From: Chthoniobacterales bacterium
GTDB lineage: Bacteria; Verrucomicrobiota; Verrucomicrobiia; Chthoniobacterales; JAFAMB01
DNA: 64,000 bases
Assembly: GCA_049585495.1 (NCBI GenBank)
Contig: JBAUZZ010000216.1
Span: 3,043-67,042 of the forward strand
Direction: 5' to 3'
This document shows, piece after piece, positions 46,301 through 53,776 of the stretch. A program made the position numbers and the translations under genes. The notes under the pieces were generated by a model. The model had not been told where the DNA came from, made no database searches, and saw only the letters and a program-made list of their open reading frames with translations. Within the stretch, counting starts at the first letter, position 1. Every line of letters begins with the position of its first letter.

Positions 46301-47900
46301 AAAGCTCCGGAAAAGTACGCCGGGCGTGACGCTCATCTCGCCACCACCGCACCACGATATCTATTCCATCGAAGATCTGGCACAACTCATCTTCGATCTG
46401 AAACAGGTAAATCCTAGAGCGAAGGTCTGCGTGAAACTCGTGGCGGAAGCCGGGGTCGGGACAGTTGCCGCCGGTGTTGCCAAGGCGCATGCCGATATCA
46501 TTCTTATCAGCGGACACGAAGGTGGGACGGGAGCCTCGCCCCTCAGCTCCATCAAGAACGCCGGAAGTGCGTGGGAGCTTGGAGTCGCCGAGGCGCACCA
46601 GGTTCTGATGCTGAACGGATTGCGTAATCGCATCACCCTTCGAACCGATGGCGGCATGCGAACCGGAGAGGATATCGTCTTCGCGGCGCTGCTGGGAGCC
46701 GAGGAATTCAATTTCGGGACGACAGCCTTAATCGCGTCTGGTTGCGTTTACGTCCGGCAATGCCACCTCAACACTTGCCCGGTCGGCATTGCCACTCAGG
46801 ACGAGAAGCAGCGCGCCAAGTTCAAAGGCAAGCCTGAATACGTTGTGAACTATTTTAACGGGGTGGCCCAGGATGTTCGCGAAATTATGGCGAAGATGGG
46901 CCTTCCCACTTTCAACGACCTTGTCGGGCGCGTGGAGTATTTGCGACAACGCGAAGTGCCAGAGCATCGGAAGGCGAATCGGGTGAACTTGAGCCGTCTC
47001 CTGGTCAACGTTGCCCGCGACGGCGACTCACAGCCCCGCTACAACACCTGGGATCGAAATGATCCCCCGCCGGGCCGTCGCCTGGACGATTCAATACTGC
47101 AAGACGCGCGTGAGGCGGTGAATGATCAATTACCGATTGCTCTGGCTTACCGCGTAAAGAACACCAACCGCGCGATCGCGACCAAGCTTTCCGGTGAGAT
47201 CGCCTATCTATGGGGAGAACAAGGACTGCCCTCAGGCACGATCGAATTGACCTTGCGGGGCAGTGCTGGTCAAAGCCTTGGTGCCTTTCTCAGCCCCGGC
47301 GTCAAAGTCTTCTTAACCGGTGAGGCCAATGACTACGTCGGAAAAGGGATGAGTGGAGGCGAGATTGTGGTGAAGCCGCCTGCGAATCGAAAGTACGTTG
47401 CTCACGAAAATTCCATTGTCGGCAACACCTGTCTGTACGGCGCTACCGGTGGCTGGTTCTATGCTTCTGGACGCGCGGGGGAAAGATTTGCGGTCCGTAA
47501 CTCTGGCGCTACCGCTGTGATCGAAGGCGTAGGTGATCACGGCTGCGAGTACATGACGGGCGGCGTGGCTCTGGTGCTGGGCCGAACCGGGAAGAACTTT
47601 GGCGCAGGAATGACCGGCGGCGTTGCTTTCGTGCTCGATCTCGAAGCGTGCTTCCCGATCGCGCTGAACCCGGAGTTAGTGAAAGCTCAACCCCTGGAGG
47701 TTGACGAGGATGTCTTGACCGTGAAGGAGCTAATCTACAAGCATCTCGAACGGACCGAAAGCGAGCGTGCCCGTGCGATTCTGGCCGACTGGAATTCGTA
47801 CCAATCCAAGTTCTGGAAAGTGGAACCGATCCAGACGGTCCCGAAACCGAGCGCAGCCGCAGTGCCGACGCCGGCAGGCACGCCGGCCACAAAACATTAA
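43332..47900 (+). CDS. gltB: glutamate synthase large subunit
   Basis: 1522 aa. The Ntn-amidotransferase start is EEEHDSCGVGFVA. Central and FMN domains are present (ISPPPHHDIYSIEDL, LRTDGG). The C-terminal GXGXG beta-helix includes GDHGCEYMTGG. Confidence 0.97.
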   Translation: MNDAINDVLREIPVSLYEPEEEHDSCGVGFVAAIDGQRSNRVLRLGLTSVCNMAHRGAMDADAKTGDGSGVLTQIPYKLFRTELAKLGHTLYNDTDLGVGFVFLPHDNAYAQARTKAIIEEVLGERNLFQFGWREVPLNIMVLGEKAQLTMPRIEQVLIGRPAGMSDDEYERRLFLARNEIEKRVQLDHIRNFYITSFSHRVIIYKGLLTAVFLDKFYLDLSSPEYETAICLFHERYSTNTFPTWPLSQPFRVLGHNGEINTIRGNRNWMRAREAELEADFWGEDIDLLKPIIQPGGSDSASLDNALEVLIMSGRDMLHAMTMLIPPAWRTDQTMAPELKAYYDYHRCFNEPWDGPAGLVFSNGVVAAACLDRNGLRPARYQVTEDGIFSLASEVGCTEIDDSKVIEKGRLAPGEMIAVDTRAGRLLRDSEIKLRLSTQKPYLQWVNRHLVSLQQIAGPEIPCPQGDLDILGLTQRQVAFGYTNEELEFVMKPMMKDAQEAVGSMGDDTPLAVLSLQPRLLYTYFKQLFAQVTNPPIDPLREKLVMSLATIMGWRRNLLGETPEHAQLVHSDSPILLPHELEALRSIPDPAHKAVSISALWNLAEGEEGLEKAVNRICSEAEHAVDEDVRLIVLSDQGVDHERVAIPMLLAVGAIHHSLTRVGKRMKCSIVCETAEARDVHQVACLISYGASAICPYLAYETIGELIEKGKVGEGASYQTVIRKYKEALEKGLLKIMSKMGISVIGSYRGAQIFEAIGISSELIEKCFAGTSSKIEGIGFREIALESITRHRQAFARPVPEEGGTLELADPGYYRFRRQGEQHAVTPPVIKNFHTFVKSNKPEDYKAYVDAVKAVRPTSLRDLLEIIPDAKSPIPIEEVEPIEEIRRRFTTAGMSLGALSPEAHECLAIAMNQIGGKSNSGEGGEDPERFHRRPNGDWPNSAIKQVAQGRFGVTAAYLAASKEIEIKMAQGAKPGEGGQLPGHKVSALIAKLRKSTPGVTLISPPPHHDIYSIEDLAQLIFDLKQVNPRAKVCVKLVAEAGVGTVAAGVAKAHADIILISGHEGGTGASPLSSIKNAGSAWELGVAEAHQVLMLNGLRNRITLRTDGGMRTGEDIVFAALLGAEEFNFGTTALIASGCVYVRQCHLNTCPVGIATQDEKQRAKFKGKPEYVVNYFNGVAQDVREIMAKMGLPTFNDLVGRVEYLRQREVPEHRKANRVNLSRLLVNVARDGDSQPRYNTWDRNDPPPGRRLDDSILQDAREAVNDQLPIALAYRVKNTNRAIATKLSGEIAYLWGEQGLPSGTIELTLRGSAGQSLGAFLSPGVKVFLTGEANDYVGKGMSGGEIVVKPPANRKYVAHENSIVGNTCLYGATGGWFYASGRAGERFAVRNSGATAVIEGVGDHGCEYMTGGVALVLGRTGKNFGAGMTGGVAFVLDLEACFPIALNPELVKAQPLEVDEDVLTVKELIYKHLERTESERARAILADWNSYQSKFWKVEPIQTVPKPSAAAVPTPAGTPATKH

Positions 47901-47903
47901 ACT

Positions 47904-48293
47904 ATGGAAATCGCCACTCAACTGGCCCTGTTCCTGGCAAATAAGCCCGGGACCTTGGCTGCAGTCTGTGACGCCCTTTCCGCCGAGAAAATCAACATCT
48001 ACGGCTTAACGATCTCGGATACGGTCGATCACGCGGTCGTCCGGATGGTTGTGAGTGACCCTCACAAGGCCTTGTCGATCTTTGAGGCGCATGGAACGCT
48101 GGTAGTCGAGAACGAGGTGCTGCTCATCGAACACGATAATAAGCCTGGCTCCTTGTCAGAAATCGCGAAGAAGCTCGCGGCGAAGAAGGTCAATATCGAG
48201 TACGCTTACCTGGCGAGCGGGCCCCACTTGAAAAAGGGAACCCTTATTCTCCGGCCTGACAACCTCAAGAAAGCTGTCCAGATTTTGAGCTGA
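47904..48293 (+). CDS. ACT domain protein (tandem ACT)
   Basis: There are two beta-alpha-beta-beta-alpha-beta units (LALFLANKPGTLAAVCDALSAEKINI.. and LIEHDNKPGSLSEIAKKLAAKKVNI..). The gene starts 3 nt after gltB. Confidence 0.75.
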   Translation: MEIATQLALFLANKPGTLAAVCDALSAEKINIYGLTISDTVDHAVVRMVVSDPHKALSIFEAHGTLVVENEVLLIEHDNKPGSLSEIAKKLAAKKVNIEYAYLASGPHLKKGTLILRPDNLKKAVQILS

Positions 48294-48295
48294 GG

Positions 48296-48700
48296 TTACC
48301 TCTTTTCGGCGGATTGTGCCGTCTCGATCTTCTGTTCCGGTACCGGTTGATCAACCCACTCGAGATACGCCATTGGCGCCGAATCGCTCGGCCGCGGCCC
48401 GAGCTTCACTATCCGAATGTAGCCGCCCTGGCGACTCCCGGCGCGCGGCGCGACCTCGGCAAACAGCTTGCGTACCACGTCCTTTTGCCGAAGGAACGCA
48501 AGCGCTAGCCGTCGGGCATGCAAATCGCCACGCTTCCCTAAGGTAACCATCTTCTCCGCAAGCGGGCGAACCGCCTTCGCTTTTGCTAACGTAGTCTTGA
48601 TCCGATTGTGTTCGATCAGGCTGCAAACCTGGTTAGCGAGCAGCAGATTTCGATGCTCGGCTTTGCGGCCCAACTTCACCGTTAATTTCGCGTGACGCAT
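48296..48700 (-). CDS. rplQ: 50S ribosomal protein L17
   Basis: MRHAKLTVKLGRKAEHRNLLLANQVCSLIEHNRIKTTLAKAKAVRPLAEKMVTLGK is the L17 signature. Confidence 0.96.
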   Translation of the reverse strand: MRHAKLTVKLGRKAEHRNLLLANQVCSLIEHNRIKTTLAKAKAVRPLAEKMVTLGKRGDLHARRLALAFLRQKDVVRKLFAEVAPRAGSRQGGYIRIVKLGPRPSDSAPMAYLEWVDQPVPEQKIETAQSAEKR

Positions 48701-48727
48701 AGTTACTCAGTTTGATTTCGGAAGTTC

Positions 48728-48800
48728 CGGCGGCTGATCCCCGCCCGCAATCCGCCGCGGCCGATCGCGCAGCGACTGCGGGCTGGGCAGCCGCCCTACA
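48728..48800. repeat. structured repeat inside the rpoA-rplQ spacer (CGG(C/A)GGCTGAT...GCGACTGCGGGCTGGGCAGCCGCCCTACA)
   Basis: Near-identical to 52335-52398 apart from an indel of about 9 nt. It ends in the GCCGCCCTACA motif. Confidence 0.8.
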
Positions 48801-48821
48801 ATTCAACTTCGGAATTTGCGC

Positions 48822-49856
48822 TTAAATCGAGACGAGTTTCCCATCGTCGTTTCGGTCACCGCCGAGCGCTGGTTCGACCAGACCGGATTCAAACTTCATA
48901 CCCAGACTCAAACCGAGTTGTTGTAGTTTCTCCTTGATCTCATTCAAAGACTTCTTACCGAAATTGCGGTATTTCAGCATCTCGGCTTCTGTCTTCATGG
49001 CCAACTGGCCAACGGTCGTGATATTCGCGTTGTTCAAACAGTTCGCCGCCCGAACGGAAAGCTCGATCTCATTCACGCTCATATTGAGAAGCTTCTTCAG
49101 GCGAGTGTTTTCCTGGCTGACTTCCTCCGGCGTTTCATCGAACTCCACCTGGCTATCGTCATAGTTAACGAAGACGTCGAGATGATGACGGAAGATCGCG
49201 GAAGCCTGGAGCAAAGCCTCATCCGGCGTGATGCGCCCGTCTGTCCAAATCTCCAGGATCAGCTTATCGTAATCGGTTCTTTGACCAACCCGCGTGTTCT
49301 CGACCGCGTATTTGACCCGGGTGACAGGCGAGAAGATCGAGTCGATCGGGATGACGCCGATCGGCATGTCGGGACGCTTGTTTTCATCCCCCGAAAAAAA
49401 TCCGCGACCAATCCGGACGTCGAACTCCGCTTCGAATTTCTGCTTCTTATCAAGCGTACAAATGATTTGGTCGGTGTTCAAAACTTCAATCCCGGTTACA
49501 GTTTGAATGTCGCCGGCTGTCACCGGGCCTTCCCGGTGGACATTGATAGAGATGGTACGGGCATCGTGGTCAACGGCTTTGAACCGAATCTTCTTTAGGT
49601 TGAGAACAATGTCGGTCACGTCTTCGACGACGCCTGGCAAAGACGCAAACTCGTGTTGAGCGCCAGTGATGCGGGCGGACGTGATTGCAGCACCCTCCAG
49701 GGATGACAACAGAACGCGTCGGAGTGAGTTGCCAACCGTATGGCCATACCCCGCTTCAAACGGTTCCGCGACAAATTTGGCGTAAGTTTCAGTTGCGCTG
49801 GCCTCGTCCTTGACAAGGCTCTTCGGCATTTCGAAACGTCCTAGACGAACGGGCAT
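48822..49856 (-). CDS. rpoA: DNA-directed RNA polymerase subunit alpha
   Basis: FVAEPFEAGYGHTVGNSLRRVLLSSLEGAAITS... The alpha-CTD is ELSVRAANCLNNANITTVGQL. Confidence 0.97.
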   Translation of the reverse strand: MPVRLGRFEMPKSLVKDEASATETYAKFVAEPFEAGYGHTVGNSLRRVLLSSLEGAAITSARITGAQHEFASLPGVVEDVTDIVLNLKKIRFKAVDHDARTISINVHREGPVTAGDIQTVTGIEVLNTDQIICTLDKKQKFEAEFDVRIGRGFFSGDENKRPDMPIGVIPIDSIFSPVTRVKYAVENTRVGQRTDYDKLILEIWTDGRITPDEALLQASAIFRHHLDVFVNYDDSQVEFDETPEEVSQENTRLKKLLNMSVNEIELSVRAANCLNNANITTVGQLAMKTEAEMLKYRNFGKKSLNEIKEKLQQLGLSLGMKFESGLVEPALGGDRNDDGKLVSI

Positions 49857-50021
49857 AATAACAATCTGGATCTACCGGGTTTCCCCTGGCGCGTGCGGTC
49901 GACAACCAATCGGCTGAGACCCAGGGACCAACGGCAAGTATATTGGCTCGCGCGGAGCGTGGAATGAGCCACATGCGGCTGAAGTTGTCAAGGGATAGGG
50001 ACCAACCCTGGGCCAAAATAC

Positions 50022-50191
50022 GGTAGGGCCAAGTTTCCCGCCGTCGCCGGAGGCTATGGCGTGGCTCGCCAAAGTGCGTACCTAGCACCCGGCGACAGGG
50101 AGTTCTCGCGGGGCGCGCTGAAGCTCGACAGAGCGGAGGCGGCACCTTGGCCTCCTCCTCGTTTCAGGACGCGGCGGAGCGCGTCCCTACC
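50022..50191. repeat. GGTAGGGCCAA...GTCCCTACC palindrome-terminated element (long copy)
   Basis: The termini are GGTAGGGCCAAGTTTCCC and GCGTCCCTACC. It shares CACCTTGGCCT with the copies at 53576 and 11144. Confidence 0.75.
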
Positions 50192-50258
50192 GTCTTTTTC
50201 CCTTGGTCTCACGAGTCGTAAATGCAAATTTTACCCGGGCAACTCCTCCCTCCAGACT

Positions 50259-51488
50259 ATGCCAAAGACTATCTGCATCCTTGGCGCCTTTGATACCAAA
50301 GGCGAAGACCACGCTTTTTTGCGCCAGGAAATCCTGAAACGCGGCCATCAAGCCGTGACCGTGAATATCGGAATACTCGGCAGCACCAATTTCTTCCCGG
50401 TCGACTACGATTCGGGAGAGGTCGCCAAGGCCGGCGAAGTTGATTTAGCTGATTTGCGATCAAAAAAGGACAAGGCGGCCGCGATGAAGGCGTTCGATGC
50501 AGCAGCGCCAAAACTCCTTCAGCAATTATTCAAGGAAGGAAAATTTGACGGTGTCATTGGGATGGGCGGTTCCGGTGGATCGGCGATCATCGCGTCAGCG
50601 ATGCGGTCCTTGCCGATCGGCGTACCAAAGGTTCTGGTCTCAACGGTCGCTTCGGGGGACGTCTCGTTCTACGTCCGCGGCAAAGACATCGCGGTGTTGC
50701 CGTCAATCGTCGACGTCGCTGGGGTGAACCGTGTTTCCCGGTTGGTCTATGCTCGCGCCGCCGGGGCAATTTGCGGAATGGTCGACACTGAGACTCCCAG
50801 CGCGACCGGGGACCGCCCGATCATTACTGCATCGATGTTTGGTAACACCACGAACTGCGTGAACGCCTGCGCAAAGGCTTTAAGCGAAAAAGGATTTGAA
50901 GTGCTGGTGTTTCATGCGACGGGCGCTGGTGGACGCGCGATGGAGACGCTCGTTGCCGACGGGCTAGTCGAAGCTGTGCTGGACATAACGACCACCGAAT
51001 GGGCAGATGAGCTTTGCGGCGGCGTTTTCAGCGCAGGTCCGGACCGTTTGGGCGCACCGGGACAACGCGGTCTGCCGCACCTGATCGTGCCGGGATGTGT
51101 CGACATGGTTAACTTCGGGGCTCCTGCGACGGTTCCGGCAAGATACCGCGAAGCCCGGCGGCTGTTCTACGAATGGAATCCTTCCGTTACCCTGATGCGC
51201 ACGAACGTCGAAGAGAATCAACAGATGGGAAAAATCTTTGCTCAGAAAGCAAACGCTGCCAAAGGCCCGGCGGCCTTCCTGATCCCGCTCCGGGGCGTCT
51301 CCATGCTGGATGGAGATGGCCAACCGTTTTGTGATCGAGCTGCTGATCAGGCGATGTTCGATGCGATTAAGAAGAATCTTAAGCCCTGGATCCCCGTCGT
51401 CGAGTCGGACCACAATATCAACGATCCCGAATTTGCGGCCAAAGCCGTGGAAATGATGCTTCAGTTAATTCAAGAGAGAAAAATTTGA
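50259..51488 (+). CDS. UPF0261 / Tm-1 N-terminal-like ATP-binding protein
   Basis: MPKTICILGAFDTKGEDHAFLRQEI...GMGGSGGSAI...MFGNTT...FHATGAGGRAME matches my memory of the UPF0261 family. ATG at 50259. Confidence 0.75.
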   Translation: MPKTICILGAFDTKGEDHAFLRQEILKRGHQAVTVNIGILGSTNFFPVDYDSGEVAKAGEVDLADLRSKKDKAAAMKAFDAAAPKLLQQLFKEGKFDGVIGMGGSGGSAIIASAMRSLPIGVPKVLVSTVASGDVSFYVRGKDIAVLPSIVDVAGVNRVSRLVYARAAGAICGMVDTETPSATGDRPIITASMFGNTTNCVNACAKALSEKGFEVLVFHATGAGGRAMETLVADGLVEAVLDITTTEWADELCGGVFSAGPDRLGAPGQRGLPHLIVPGCVDMVNFGAPATVPARYREARRLFYEWNPSVTLMRTNVEENQQMGKIFAQKANAAKGPAAFLIPLRGVSMLDGDGQPFCDRAADQAMFDAIKKNLKPWIPVVESDHNINDPEFAAKAVEMMLQLIQERKI

Positions 51489-51491
51489 ATT

Positions 51492-52325
51492 ATGGCTCAA
51501 TCCAGACAGCAAATTCTCAGGCGCCTACGCAAGTTAGTGACGCAGCACAAACCCATCATCGGTGGCGGAGCCGGCACCGGTATCTCTGCGAAGTTTGAGG
51601 AAGCGGGTGGCGTCGATTTGATCGTGATTTACAATAGCGGGCGCTATCGCATGGCCGGTCGCGGCTCACTGGCCGGTCTGATGCCCTATGGCGATGCCAA
51701 CGCCATTGTTATGGAGATGGCTGCTGAGGTGTTGACCGTTGTCACAGACACGCCCGTCCTGGCCGGTGTTTGCGGCACAGACCCGTTTCGTCAAATCCCA
51801 CTCTTTATCAAGCAGCTGAAAGAGGTCGGATTTGCCGGGGTTCAGAATTTTCCGACGGTGGGACTATACGACGGGTTGTTCCGGAAAAATCTCGAAGAGA
51901 CCGGGATGGGCTACGGGCTCGAGGTGGAGATGATCCGGGTCGCCCACGAAATGGATCTGTTGACGACCCCCTACTGTTTCAATCCTGAAGAGGCGAGAGC
52001 AATGGCAAAGGCAGGCGCTGACATTATCGTTGCACACCTCGGTCTGACTACGAAGGGATCTATCGGCGCATCCACGGCGGCTAATCTGGATGAAGCACCC
52101 CAGAAAGTGCAGGAGATAGCCGACGCGGCGAAATCGGCGAACAAGGATGTGCTTGTGTTGTGTCACGGCGGCCCGATTTCGGAGCCTCAAGACGCCGAAT
52201 ACGTCCTTCTCCGGACGAAAGGGGTGCACGGCTTCTACGGCGCCTCCAGCATGGAGCGGCTGCCCGTGGAAAAGGCTATCACCGAGACGATGAAGAGCTA
52301 TAAGGCGATCAAGCTGAAAAAGTAG
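51492..52325 (+). CDS. phosphoenolpyruvate-hydrolase-like TIM barrel protein (PF09370-type; Tm-1 C-terminal-like)
   Basis: [49 protein letters not shown]...[12 protein letters not shown] is the typical pattern. The gene starts 3 nt after the UPF0261 gene. Confidence 0.75.
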   Translation: MAQSRQQILRRLRKLVTQHKPIIGGGAGTGISAKFEEAGGVDLIVIYNSGRYRMAGRGSLAGLMPYGDANAIVMEMAAEVLTVVTDTPVLAGVCGTDPFRQIPLFIKQLKEVGFAGVQNFPTVGLYDGLFRKNLEETGMGYGLEVEMIRVAHEMDLLTTPYCFNPEEARAMAKAGADIIVAHLGLTTKGSIGASTAANLDEAPQKVQEIADAAKSANKDVLVLCHGGPISEPQDAEYVLLRTKGVHGFYGASSMERLPVEKAITETMKSYKAIKLKK

Positions 52326-52334
52326 CGGAATTTT

Positions 52335-52398
52335 CGGAGGCTGATGCCCGCCCGCAACGCTGCCGCGTAGCGACTGCGGGCTGGGCAGCCGCCCTACA
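52335..52398. repeat. second copy of the 48728-type repeat
   Basis: CGGAGGCTGATGCCCGCCCGCAACGCTGCCGCGTAGCGACTGCGGGCTGGGCAGCCGCCCTACA. Confidence 0.8.
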
Positions 52399-52420
52399 CG
52401 CGATTCCCGGAATTCGAACC

Positions 52421-53476
52421 TTATACGGCTTCTGCGATCGCCTTCCCGACCGCGTCTGTCCGGGCCGTACCACCGATGTCGGCGGTACGCGGCCCTTTTG
52501 CCAACACCTTTTCGATTGCCCGGAGGACGGCGCTTGCGGCGTCGGCCTCGCCAAGGTGCTCAAGCATCATCGCCCCGGACCAAATCTGACCGATTGGATT
52601 TGCGATCTGCTTTCCAGCAATATCGGGCGCGGAGCCGTGGACCGGCTCAAACATCGACGGGTAGGCCCTTTCGGGATTTAAGTTCGCGGATGGAGCAATT
52701 CCAATCGTCCCTGTGCAAGCTGGACCGAGGTCGGAAAGGATGTCGCCGAAGAGATTGGATCCGACCACGACGTCGAACCAATCGGGGTGCAGGACAAAAT
52801 GCGCAGCCAGGATATCAATGTGGAATTGATCGGTCTTGATTCCCGGAAATTCGTCTCCAATGGCTTTGAATCGCTCATCCCAGAACGGCATTGTGATCGT
52901 TATCCCGTTCGACTTCGTGGCAGAAGTAATGCGCTTTTTCTCCCGTTTTTGAGCCAACTGGAATGCGTAGCGCAGAATCCGATCGACGCCCCGCCGAGTA
53001 AAAACTGATTGCTGAGAGACGACCTCATGCGCCGTGCCTTCGAAAATTCGTCCGCCGATGCTCGAGTATTCGCCCTCGTTGTTTTCTCTTACGATTACGA
53101 AGTCGATGTCTCCAACTTCGCGGTCTCGTAGCGGAGAGCGTAGTCCGGGCATCAGACGGACGGGTCGAACGTTAGCGTATTGCTCGAAGGCGCGACGGAT
53201 CGGAATGAGAAGTCCCCATAGGGAGATATGATCCGGCACTCCTGGAAAGCCGACCGCGCCGAGAAAAATGGCATCAAAGCCACGAAGCTTCTCCAGCCCG
53301 ACTTCCGGCATCATCCGACCGGTTTCCCGGTAATACTCGCAGCTCCAGGGAAAATGGTGCCAATCCAAGTGAAATCCCGCTTTCCGGGCCGCAGCTTCGA
53401 GCACCCGGACTCCTTCCGGGGCGACTTCCTTGCCAATCCCGTCGCCCGGAATACTTGCTATACAATACTTTTTCAT
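52421..53476 (-). CDS. tartrate dehydrogenase/decarboxylase family (isocitrate/isopropylmalate dehydrogenase superfamily)
   Basis: IPGDGIGKEV...FDAIFLGAVG.P.VPDHISLWGL...YANVRP...VIVRENNEGEYS...NLFGDILSDL...SMFEPVHGSAPDIAGK.IANP is closest in pattern to TtuC-type tartrate/D-malate dehydrogenases. Confidence 0.85.
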   Translation of the reverse strand: MKKYCIASIPGDGIGKEVAPEGVRVLEAAARKAGFHLDWHHFPWSCEYYRETGRMMPEVGLEKLRGFDAIFLGAVGFPGVPDHISLWGLLIPIRRAFEQYANVRPVRLMPGLRSPLRDREVGDIDFVIVRENNEGEYSSIGGRIFEGTAHEVVSQQSVFTRRGVDRILRYAFQLAQKREKKRITSATKSNGITITMPFWDERFKAIGDEFPGIKTDQFHIDILAAHFVLHPDWFDVVVGSNLFGDILSDLGPACTGTIGIAPSANLNPERAYPSMFEPVHGSAPDIAGKQIANPIGQIWSGAMMLEHLGEADAASAVLRAIEKVLAKGPRTADIGGTARTDAVGKAIAEAV

Positions 53477-53575
53477 ACGGACTAGAGTTTCTTAGCCTCA
53501 CATTGCTTGACTTGCACTGGTTATTATCAGCGCCTTGCCGATTGGCAGGGACGTTGGCCAAGGTCGGCCAAATTG

Positions 53576-53709
53576 GGTAGGGCCAAATTCCCCACCCGCA
53601 ACGCTTCCGCCTTGGGCGGATGCGGGCGGGCACCTTGGCCTGAAACCAGGAGGTCGTAGCGCTCGGTGGTAGCGCTCGGGGCCAGGACGGGCGGAAGCAG
53701 GTCCCTACC
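53576..53709. repeat. GGTAGGGCCAA...GTCCCTACC element (copy with internal insertion)
   Basis: GGTAGGGCCAAATTCC[CCACCCGCAACGCTTCCGCCTTGGGCGGATGCGGGCGGG]CACCTTGGCCTGAAACCAGGAGG...CAGGTCCCTACC. The bracketed block is absent from the 11144 copy. Confidence 0.75.
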
Positions 53710-53776
53710 GTTCATAACGCGATGACGGCACGGACTGTTGTGGTAAGGTGAAAGTGCGACATCGCTAAACCTTTTT

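Noticed and set aside
45072-46598. 508-aa ORF on the minus strand inside gltB. Other long antisense ORFs include 43776..44369, 47509..47892 and 37248..37844 inside purH.
   Set aside because: These are shadow ORFs of GC-rich genes. The plus-strand products are unmistakable full-length GltB and PurH. The antisense translations are Arg/Ser/Pro-rich low-complexity sequence with no family resemblance.
49857-50021. Considered a promoter for rpoA (TTGACA at about 49995 and TATACT at about 49945 on the minus strand).
   Set aside because: The two boxes are not at a compatible spacing with each other, and each lacks a good partner. I cannot support a call without TSS data.
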